DNA of 64,000 nt from an uncultured Bacteroidales bacterium (GTDB lineage Bacteria; Bacteroidota; Bacteroidia; Bacteroidales; UBA10428), in assembly GCA_964461435.1 (NCBI GenBank), contig CAYWUI010000015.1:132-64131 (forward strand). The letters are read 5' to 3'. The notes under the pieces are model-generated. The model saw only the letters and a list, made by a program, of their open reading frames with translations. It was not told where the DNA came from and searched no databases. The first letter of the stretch is position 1, and each line of letters begins with the position of its first letter. The translations under genes and the position numbers were made by a program. Below, in pieces: positions 10,346 through 18,885 of the stretch.

Positions 10346-11551
10346 ATGGAAAAAATTTGTATTATGGGTCTTGGCTATATTGGTCTGCCCACTGCCGCCC
10401 TGCTGGCAACAAAAGGATATTATGTACATGGTGTAGATGTAAAAACTGAAGTTGTCGATATAATAAATCGTGGGAAAATACATATTGTTGAACCCGCGTT
10501 AGATGCCTTTGTTAAATCAGCGGTACAGTCTGGCAATCTGAAAGCATCTTCACAGCCTGATTATGCTGACATATTTATAATAACTGTACCAACCCCAATT
10601 GATAAGGACAACAATCCGGATATAGGATATGTGCTGGAAGCAACAAAAGCGATTGCCCCTTACCTTAAACCCGGTAACCTGTTTATCCTTGAATCAACAT
10701 CGCCTGTTGGTACAACAGAGTATTTAGTTGAATTACTAAGAGAATTAGGTGTCAATACCGATAAAATCCATGTTGCATATTCACCCGAACGTGTTCTGCC
10801 CGGACAAACAATGAAAGAACTTGTGGAAAATGACCGGGTAGTTGGGGGTATAACAAAAGAAGCAGCATTAAATGTTATGCTCTTTTATGAATCATTTGTC
10901 CAGGGGGAAGTCCTTATTACAAATGCCAGAACAGCTGAAATGTCCAAATTAACGGAAAATGCATGCAGGGATGTAAATATTGCTTTTGCAAATGAATTAT
11001 CTATAATCTGCGAAAAGTTTGACGTTGATGTCTGGGAATTAATCACTCTTGCCAACAGGCATCCCAGAATTAATATATTAAAACCAGGAAGTGGTGTCGG
11101 AGGTCATTGTATAGCTATCGACCCCTGGTTTTTAGTAGCCAAAGCAAAAGAGGAGGCAAGAATAATAAAAACAGCCAGAGAGATAAATAATTTCAAACCC
11201 AAATGGGTTATTAATAAAACAGAGGAATTAATAAAAAGCTATAAAGAAAAAAATAAAAAAATGCCTTTGATAGCCTGTATGGGTATTGCTTTTAAACCGG
11301 ATATTGATGATTTAAGAGAGTCTCCCTCACTTGAAATTGTGCATGAATTGATAAACAAAGAATATAATATTGTAGTTGCAGAACCTAATATAAAGGAATA
11401 TAAAAATCTGAAACTAATGAATTATGCGGAGGCTGTAAAAAAAGCCGATATAATTGTTTTTCTTGTAGCTCACAAAGAATTCAAAAGTTTAAAAGTAGAT
11501 GAAAATAAATTAATTATAGATATATGCGGGGTAAAAAGCAGATTTAATTAA
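10346..11551 (+). CDS. wecC: UDP-N-acetyl-D-mannosamine dehydrogenase
   Basis: GLGYIGLPTA, LESTSPVGTTE, SPERVLPG, GVGGHCIAIDPWF and FKPDIDDLRESP. Confidence 0.92.
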   Translation: MEKICIMGLGYIGLPTAALLATKGYYVHGVDVKTEVVDIINRGKIHIVEPALDAFVKSAVQSGNLKASSQPDYADIFIITVPTPIDKDNNPDIGYVLEATKAIAPYLKPGNLFILESTSPVGTTEYLVELLRELGVNTDKIHVAYSPERVLPGQTMKELVENDRVVGGITKEAALNVMLFYESFVQGEVLITNARTAEMSKLTENACRDVNIAFANELSIICEKFDVDVWELITLANRHPRINILKPGSGVGGHCIAIDPWFLVAKAKEEARIIKTAREINNFKPKWVINKTEELIKSYKEKNKKMPLIACMGIAFKPDIDDLRESPSLEIVHELINKEYNIVVAEPNIKEYKNLKLMNYAEAVKKADIIVFLVAHKEFKSLKVDENKLIIDICGVKSRFN

Positions 11552-11574
11552 ATCTGCTTAAACGGAAATTTCAT

Positions 11575-12720
11575 ATGAAGAAAATTCTAATAGTCTTCGG
11601 AACAAGGCCGGAAGCTATAAAGATGGCATCGGTCGTGAAAGAATTTGAAAAGTGCAAAGACAAATTTGAATCCAGGGTATGCATCTCTGCACAACACAGG
11701 GAAATGCTGGACCAGGTTTTATCAATTTTTGAGATCGAACCTGATTTTGATCTTAACATTATGAAAGAAAGTCAGGATCTTTATGATATAACAAATGGCG
11801 TTCTGTCAGGTATAAAGGAAGTATTATTGAAATATAATCCCCATCTGGTATTGGTACAGGGTGATACTACAACTTCCACATTTGCTGCCCTGGCTTCATT
11901 CTACCAGAAGATCCCGGTGGGGCATATCGAAGCCGGGTTAAGAACAGGAAATATATATTCCCCCTGGCCTGAAGAAATGAATAGAATGTTGACGCGTTGT
12001 TTGACACTATATCATTTTGCCCCTACTGAAACATCCAGAAGAAATCTTTTAAAAGAAAATGTAGATGAGAAAAGTATCCTGGTAACAGGAAATACGGTCA
12101 TTGATTCACTATATTTCATAATCAACAAAATCAGGGGAAATAATCAGCTCCAGCAAGATTTAAATGAATATATCAGGAAAAGAGGATATCATGTAAATCA
12201 GGGAAAAAAATTTATATTGATAACCGGACATAGAAGGGAAAATTTCGGGGAAGGATTTATCAATATATGTAATGCTATTAAAGAAATAGCTTTTAAATAT
12301 CCGCAGTTCGATTTATTATATCCCGTACATTTAAATCCGAATGTTCAAAAACCGGTATATGATATACTAAATAACATTAATAATGTTTTTTTAATTGAAC
12401 CTATAGAATACCTTCCTTTTGTTTATATAATGAATAATTCATACATAATTTTAACCGATAGCGGAGGAATACAGGAAGAAGCTCCTAGTCTTGGCAAACC
12501 GGTGCTGGTGATGAGAGACACAACCGAAAGACCTGAAGCAGTTGAAGCAGGTACAGTTAAAATTGTTGGAACGGAAGAGAAGAAAATTGTTGATGAATTA
12601 TCGCTATTAATAGACAATAACGAGGAATATCAAAAGATGTCACGTGCACATAATCCTTACGGAGATGGAAATGCAGCGGCCAGAATTGTTAAATTCCTTA
12701 TCAATAACCTGTCAGATTAA
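11575..12720 (+). CDS. wecB: UDP-N-acetylglucosamine 2-epimerase (non-hydrolysing)
   Basis: FGTRPEAIKMA, VQGDTTT, HIEAGLRT, TDSGGIQEEAPSLGKP and NPYGDG. Confidence 0.95.
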   Translation: MKKILIVFGTRPEAIKMASVVKEFEKCKDKFESRVCISAQHREMLDQVLSIFEIEPDFDLNIMKESQDLYDITNGVLSGIKEVLLKYNPHLVLVQGDTTTSTFAALASFYQKIPVGHIEAGLRTGNIYSPWPEEMNRMLTRCLTLYHFAPTETSRRNLLKENVDEKSILVTGNTVIDSLYFIINKIRGNNQLQQDLNEYIRKRGYHVNQGKKFILITGHRRENFGEGFINICNAIKEIAFKYPQFDLLYPVHLNPNVQKPVYDILNNINNVFLIEPIEYLPFVYIMNNSYIILTDSGGIQEEAPSLGKPVLVMRDTTERPEAVEAGTVKIVGTEEKKIVDELSLLIDNNEEYQKMSRAHNPYGDGNAAARIVKFLINNLSD

Positions 12721-13091
12721 TTTCATAAAACCTGCACATCTGGAATAACATAAAATAAATTTAATCAATATTTTAAGTTAATTAATCAATTTTAATGAAT
12801 TTAATTAGCTGAAATACTTGATTTTATGTAATTTTATAGTTAATTTTTCGCCTATATAATAAAAAGTAGTTATAAAATAATAATTGTTGATAATCGTATC
12901 TGTATATTAAGTGTCTGGTTGATATTATTATTATGAAAATATCAATAGATATGATTGAAATACATACATAGTTTTTGTATACTGGTGATCAACATCATCA
13001 TAACTTTTGTCAATAAATTTCGTATATTAATCTATAAAAATTAATATTTCGTCAAAAACTACTTTCATTTCAAACATTAAATCTCAGGGCC

Positions 13092-16000
13092 ATGAAAAAA
13101 ATAGCACTATCTTTCTTTTTCACAATTGCTACTCTGGCAGGTATCTATTCTCAATCTACAGATACATTTAATATTGCTTTCAAGCACGATTTTGAAAATA
13201 ATACTCTTGGAACATACGATTATGATGAATGGTTAAAAGACTGGAACTATCCTGATTGGGCAAACAGACAAGTTCCTCCGACCATTGAACAAAATACTGA
13301 TCCGGAAAATGGCAGTAAAGTTATGAGATGGCATTATCCTAATGGTTCACTTGGGCCCAGCGAAGGAGGCGGACAATGGTTTGCAGAACTGGATAAATCT
13401 TATGATGAATTATACTTTTCTTTCAGAATGAAATTAAAGCCGGGTTTTGTATGGGTTCTGGGAGGAAAAATACATGGATTAATAGCAGAACCGTTTAAAG
13501 GCTTTGAGATTCCTGAATGGGATGAAGGGGCAATGGTATTATTAATGTGGAGAGAAAACAAACCAACATTTTATTACTATCACCAGGATCAGGATCATTA
13601 TTATGGCAATAGTGAAGCATGGAATTATAGTTTAGAATCAGGTAAATGGTATACGGTTACTATTAGAATGGTTATGAATACTCTTAATGAAAATGGTGGG
13701 AATAATGATGGTATCCTGGAAGGATTTATAGACGGCAAATTAGTTTGTCAGATGGGTAATATGCGTTTCAGAAATTTAGAAAGTATAAAAATAAATGTAT
13801 TGGAGATTACTTCATTCTTTGGAGGAGGTGATGATAATTGGAGGGCACAAAGAGATGAATGGATGGATGTTGATGATTTTATTGCTTTTAATTATACAGA
13901 TGCTGTTAATGTACCCAGAGGAAATACTTTAAGCCCAAAGGGCAGAGTGTTATTATTGCCTGGTCATGATGTAAAGCAAACGGTTTTACCTGAAGTTCCC
14001 CAGGATACCAGCGGAACAATCAAAGTCAAAGCATACGGCACTGAAGCAGATGGTGAAAATGCTCATTTCAAATTACTTGTTAATAATAAGTATGTTGGTG
14101 AAACATTTGTTACTTCTGATGTACAAACATATTCATTTGAACCGGATTATGAAATCAATGATGATGATACTATTTATATAGTTTTTGATAATGACAAGTA
14201 TATCTCAAGTGACGAAGACAGAAATTTAGTCATACAGTCGCTGATAATTAATAATAAAAATTATGACCCGGATAGTAAAAATGTAGTATTTACTTATGAT
14301 GCAGCTGAAGGTACTGAAGTAGAATACGGTTCAAATTACCTTTCCTGGAACGGACAACTTGTTTTCTTTATTGGCGAGGATGAAGTCACATTAGATAATA
14401 TATACAGTTTATTTAATCCGGAAGTAGCAGCAGCAAATGACCCGCCGGTTGTTGAAAACAAAAACTTCCTTATCCCGGATAACCTGCAAACAGGAGTTAC
14501 CTTTGGAACAATTAAAGCGACAGATCCGGATATATCTCAGCAATTATCTTATTCAATAATAGGAGGTAATCTTAATAATACATTTATAATTAATTCATCG
14601 GATGGCAAGCTTTCAGTTAATAATTCAGCAGGTTTAAAATCAGCTGATTTATTTAGTGTGCTCATAGAAGCTAAAGATAATGGACCGGGTAACTTGTCAG
14701 ATACAGGGTTAGCAACAATAAATATTCAGCATATTGACACCACTCTCATTAACAACCAGCCTATAATTAGCAGCCAGGAATTCAGTATCAGGGAGGATGA
14801 TGATTTAAGCAGTTTGGCAATAGAAATAGCTGCAATTGATCCTGATATTGATCAAAGTCTGACATATTCAATACTTTCAGGTAACGAGAAAGGTGCCTTT
14901 TATCTTAATCCGTTATCCGGACAACTTACCGTAAGTAATGCATCAAAACTGGATTTTAAGGACCAGGCAGCAATTAATTTAAATGTCCAGGTACAGGATG
15001 ACGGAGAAGGATTTTTAAAGAATTCAGCTGTTGTAACAATTAATCTTATACCTGATATAACAACATTTTATATTGATCCCCAAAATACAAACGATCCGCA
15101 GGAAGATGGCTCTATCGGGCATCCATATGATTCATGGACTGATATATACTGGGAAGAAGGTAACAGCTATTTACAAAAAAAAGGTACAACTGCAAATGAG
15201 GGCAAAATAAATATCTATGCAAGTAACGTGACTCTGGGTGCATACGGACAGGGTGAAAGTCCGGTTATCAACAGCTCGGCAACCGATTTTGCAATCAGGG
15301 CATTTGAAAAATCCGGTGTAACAATTCGGGACCTTAAAATAATAGCTAATGAAGCTATTAGCTGTATTTATTTTTTAGGTGCATCATGTGATAATAACCT
15401 TGTTGAAAAATGCTACCTCGAAGGTGCTGATAACGGACTGAGAATCATAGATGGTAAAACTATAACATTGAGATATAATACTTTCTCTGGCAATAGTGAT
15501 GCCATATATTCTTATGCAGAGACCACTAAAATTTATTATAATGTATTCAAAGAAAATGATACAGGCATCAACATAAGCAGTTACTTATCCAGTACAGAGA
15601 TATACAATAACGTTTTCTATGATAATACAAAAGGTGTGTCTACCTCCTATTCTTCACTGACTATTTATAACAATATATTCTATTTATTAGACAAGGGGGA
15701 TCAGGCAATAAACCATCAGATGGACAACCTGGTTTCGGATAATAATATCTTTTATCCTGAACAGGACGGTTTCCTTGATATCGGTAATAAAAAATATTCA
15801 ACCCTTTATGAATATCAGCAATCAAAGGGATTGGATTTAAATTCATATACTTCCGATCCTTTATTTAAGGATATATACAATGATAATTTCAGCGTAGAAC
15901 AGGAATCTCCTGCAATTAATGGTGGCCGTGATGTCGGATTATTAATGGATTTTTATGGATATAGTGTCCCTTACGGAGGAAAGGCTGACATTGGCCTTAT

Positions 16001-16310
16001 TGAATCACTGGAAGATAATATTATAAGCTCAACTGACCCGTTTGGAATGGGTAGTTCTGATGAATCTCCCCTCATTTTTCCGAATCCTTCGGATGGCAGA
16101 TTCAAAATTTCTTTTGCCAGTACAAATTTTCTGACTTCCGAACTGCAAATTAAGGATATATCAGGAAATTTAATATACAGAGATTATATATCTTCTGATG
16201 ATATTGATCCTACAACTCAAATAGATATTTCAAACGTGCCGAATGGAATCTACCTGCTCCTGCTTGCAATTGATGATAAAGTCTATACACAAAGAATAAT
16301 AATAAATTAA
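13092..16310 (+). CDS. T9SS cargo: PL14-like domain + CBM60-like module + 2 cadherin-like domains + right-handed beta-helix + CTD
   Basis: Signal peptide; LGGKIHGL, LMWR, YYYH and SFFGG; DRNLV module; ATDPD and IDPD cadherin motifs; YNNVFYDN and YNNIF helix rungs; LIFPNPSDGRF...GIYLL CTD. Confidence 0.75.
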   Translation: MKKIALSFFFTIATLAGIYSQSTDTFNIAFKHDFENNTLGTYDYDEWLKDWNYPDWANRQVPPTIEQNTDPENGSKVMRWHYPNGSLGPSEGGGQWFAELDKSYDELYFSFRMKLKPGFVWVLGGKIHGLIAEPFKGFEIPEWDEGAMVLLMWRENKPTFYYYHQDQDHYYGNSEAWNYSLESGKWYTVTIRMVMNTLNENGGNNDGILEGFIDGKLVCQMGNMRFRNLESIKINVLEITSFFGGGDDNWRAQRDEWMDVDDFIAFNYTDAVNVPRGNTLSPKGRVLLLPGHDVKQTVLPEVPQDTSGTIKVKAYGTEADGENAHFKLLVNNKYVGETFVTSDVQTYSFEPDYEINDDDTIYIVFDNDKYISSDEDRNLVIQSLIINNKNYDPDSKNVVFTYDAAEGTEVEYGSNYLSWNGQLVFFIGEDEVTLDNIYSLFNPEVAAANDPPVVENKNFLIPDNLQTGVTFGTIKATDPDISQQLSYSIIGGNLNNTFIINSSDGKLSVNNSAGLKSADLFSVLIEAKDNGPGNLSDTGLATINIQHIDTTLINNQPIISSQEFSIREDDDLSSLAIEIAAIDPDIDQSLTYSILSGNEKGAFYLNPLSGQLTVSNASKLDFKDQAAINLNVQVQDDGEGFLKNSAVVTINLIPDITTFYIDPQNTNDPQEDGSIGHPYDSWTDIYWEEGNSYLQKKGTTANEGKINIYASNVTLGAYGQGESPVINSSATDFAIRAFEKSGVTIRDLKIIANEAISCIYFLGASCDNNLVEKCYLEGADNGLRIIDGKTITLRYNTFSGNSDAIYSYAETTKIYYNVFKENDTGINISSYLSSTEIYNNVFYDNTKGVSTSYSSLTIYNNIFYLLDKGDQAINHQMDNLVSDNNIFYPEQDGFLDIGNKKYSTLYEYQQSKGLDLNSYTSDPLFKDIYNDNFSVEQESPAINGGRDVGLLMDFYGYSVPYGGKADIGLIESLEDNIISSTDPFGMGSSDESPLIFPNPSDGRFKISFASTNFLTSELQIKDISGNLIYRDYISSDDIDPTTQIDISNVPNGIYLLLLAIDDKVYTQRIIIN
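13239..13993 (+). repeat. Direct repeat copy 1 (755 bp) of the PL14-like coding block
   Basis: Aligns to 16628-17382 at offset 3389. 12 mismatches by manual count; 13317-13895 is identical. Confidence 0.95.
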
Positions 16311-16348
16311 GCCTGTCTTACTTAATATAACGACTGCTAATCGTATAT

Positions 16349-16383
16349 GAGCAAAATCCCTTAGATTTTGCTCTTTTTTTTTT
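16349..16383 (+). terminator. Rho-independent terminator
   Basis: GAGCAAAATC-cctta-GATTTTGCTC followed by a T10 run. Confidence 0.85.
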
Positions 16384-16468
16384 AATTTTCATATATCTTT
16401 AAGGAATATATAACCGGGCAATTGTAAATGTTAAATGAGGATTAATAAAACATCAAATCAGAGCTGAT

Positions 16469-17368
16469 ATGAAAAAGGTGTTTGCTTTTTTATCACTTTT
16501 ATTGCTTTACTCCTGCACAAAAATTAAATATGGTACTATTGATACATTTAATATGTTCGATATACATTTTTATCAGGATTTTGAAGATAACACTATAGGA
16601 GAATATTTGGAATCGGAATGGGAAGAAGACTGGAACTATCCTGAGTGGTCAAACAGAGAAGTCCCTCCGACCATTGAACAAAATACTGATCCGGAAAATG
16701 GCAGCAAAGTTATGAGATGGCATTATCCTAATGGTTCACTTGGGCCCAGCGAAGGAGGCGGACAATGGTTTGCAGAACTGGATAAATCTTATGATGAATT
16801 ATACTTTTCTTTCAGAATGAAATTAAAGCCGGGTTTTGTATGGGTTCTGGGAGGAAAAATACATGGATTAATAGCAGAACCGTTTAAAGGCTTTGAGATT
16901 CCTGAATGGGATGAAGGGGCAATGGTATTATTAATGTGGAGAGAAAACAAACCAACATTTTATTACTATCACCAGGATCAGGATCATTATTATGGCAATA
17001 GTGAAGCATGGAATTATAGTTTAGAATCAGGTAAATGGTATACGGTTACTATTAGAATGGTTATGAATACTCTTAATGAAAATGGTGGGAATAATGATGG
17101 TATCCTGGAAGGATTTATAGACGGCAAATTAGTTTGTCAGATGGGTAATATGCGTTTCAGAAATTTAGAAAGTATAAAAATAAATGTATTGGAGATTACT
17201 TCATTCTTTGGAGGAGGTGATGATAATTGGAGGGCACAAAGAGATGAATGGATGGATGTTGATGATTTTATTGCTTTTAATTATGCAGATGATGTTAATG
17301 TACCCAGAGGAAATACTTTAAGCCCCAAGGGCAGAGTGTTATTATTGCCTGGTCATGATGCAGAGTAA
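16469..17368 (+). CDS. Lipoprotein with a single PL14-like domain
   Basis: Lipobox LLYSC (Cys16). Body nearly identical to the N-terminal domain of the 13092 ORF. Confidence 0.8.
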   Translation: MKKVFAFLSLLLLYSCTKIKYGTIDTFNMFDIHFYQDFEDNTIGEYLESEWEEDWNYPEWSNREVPPTIEQNTDPENGSKVMRWHYPNGSLGPSEGGGQWFAELDKSYDELYFSFRMKLKPGFVWVLGGKIHGLIAEPFKGFEIPEWDEGAMVLLMWRENKPTFYYYHQDQDHYYGNSEAWNYSLESGKWYTVTIRMVMNTLNENGGNNDGILEGFIDGKLVCQMGNMRFRNLESIKINVLEITSFFGGGDDNWRAQRDEWMDVDDFIAFNYADDVNVPRGNTLSPKGRVLLLPGHDAE

Positions 17369-17382
17369 ACAGTTTTACCTGA
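16628..17382 (+). repeat. Direct repeat copy 2 (755 bp), running past the lipoprotein stop codon
   Basis: Matches 13239-13993. TAA at 17366 corresponds to CAA at 13977. Confidence 0.95.
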
Positions 17383-17642
17383 TTCAGTTCCCCTTTCTTA
17401 ATATTGTCTATAAAATTTTTCTATTTCATAATTTTTCATTTTCATGAATAATTCAATATATTTAAAAAAATATATTAATACTGACATTACTTTTTACCTT
17501 AAAAAGAATAAAAAGAAAATTTTATTAATAGATGGTCACAAATAAGACAATAATGCCTTGCATATTAGATAATCATGATATAAAATCGTGTACCCGGTAA
17601 ACTGGTATTAGTTAATCAAATAATTTTGAGATTAAAAATCAA

Positions 17643-18494
17643 ATGGATATGGAAAATTTAGAACACATTAATTGTCCGTTTTGCAATGAAAATAGCTATA
17701 CTGACTGGGCAAGTGAAAATAATTTTACAGCAGTTAAATGCAATAATTGTGGCTTTGTTTATGTTAATCCTCGCCCGACTATGAATTCAATTTCTGAGGC
17801 CAATAAAATCGGTGAACATAAATCGAAAGCAGATAGAAAGAATAGAATCAGAAACTTAAGGAGTTACAAAATATTCAATATTTTTAAAATTAATAGTTTT
17901 AAAAAAAGAATAAAACAATTTTTTACAGAAGATGAAATAAAAAACAAAGTTATTTCATGGCTGGATGTTGGTGCCGGTTATGGTGAATTTATTCAGGCAT
18001 TAGGAAAATTAACTTCAAAAAAATCGCATATAAAAGGAATAGAGCCAAGTCTGCCTAAAGCAAAGGTTGCACAAAAGCTAGGTTTGGATATTGAAGATAA
18101 AAAATTAGATGAAATAACAGAATTATTTGAATATATTTCTTTAATTAACGTCTTTTCCCATTTACCTAATCCTGTCGAATTTATTTTGGATTTAAGTAAA
18201 AAGCTTACTCCAAATGGAAAGATCCTTATTGTTACAGGTAATGGAGCAGATATTGCTCCTGAAGATTATCCTGATAATTATAATTTCCCGGATCATTTGG
18301 TATTTACAGGGGAGAGGCATTTATCAGAAATATTGGAAAGAGCTGGTTTTAATATTATAAGAATCAAGAAATATAAAAGTTTTATACCTGAGAATATATT
18401 AGTAAAGTTTATTAAAATGTTATTATCCCGGGATTCAGCAGTAAACAAGGGACCTTTTCGTTCATTATGGGTATTTGCCCAATCTAAAAATTAA
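17643..18494 (+). CDS. Class I SAM-dependent methyltransferase with N-terminal Zn ribbon
   Basis: CPFC...CNNCGFVYVNPRP, WLDVGAGYG, GIEPS and NVFSHL. Confidence 0.85.
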   Translation: MDMENLEHINCPFCNENSYTDWASENNFTAVKCNNCGFVYVNPRPTMNSISEANKIGEHKSKADRKNRIRNLRSYKIFNIFKINSFKKRIKQFFTEDEIKNKVISWLDVGAGYGEFIQALGKLTSKKSHIKGIEPSLPKAKVAQKLGLDIEDKKLDEITELFEYISLINVFSHLPNPVEFILDLSKKLTPNGKILIVTGNGADIAPEDYPDNYNFPDHLVFTGERHLSEILERAGFNIIRIKKYKSFIPENILVKFIKMLLSRDSAVNKGPFRSLWVFAQSKN

Positions 18495-18885
18495 AGCCTC
18501 ACTTTTCTGTAATAAAGCAAGGGGGATTTCTATAACAAACATTCTTTGACCTCCAATAATTTAAATTTATATTTTTTAATATTCCCTTTGGCTCTTAGTT
18601 AAATCAAGCCTTTTCAGATTTTTTCATCTTTCCCGGGTATCTTTATATCCCACAAACCTGCAGGAAAATAAGAGACTATTCATATAGTTAATTGACCAAC
18701 AAAGATTTAGTGGTTCTTATATAAAATGATAAAATAGGACTGGTATAACAATATAATTAAATATTAGAACATTTTTGAAAATTAAAATATTTGCATATTT
18801 TTGTAGCCCCTAATGTGGTTAAAAAAGGGTTAACACCGGGTATTACGTTTATTTTAAAGACATCTATTACTAACTAAACCGAAAA

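Noticed and set aside
18495-18720. Possible gene remnant in the spacer before the FN3 protein
   Set aside because: The minus-strand frames translated have early stops and no recognisable motif.
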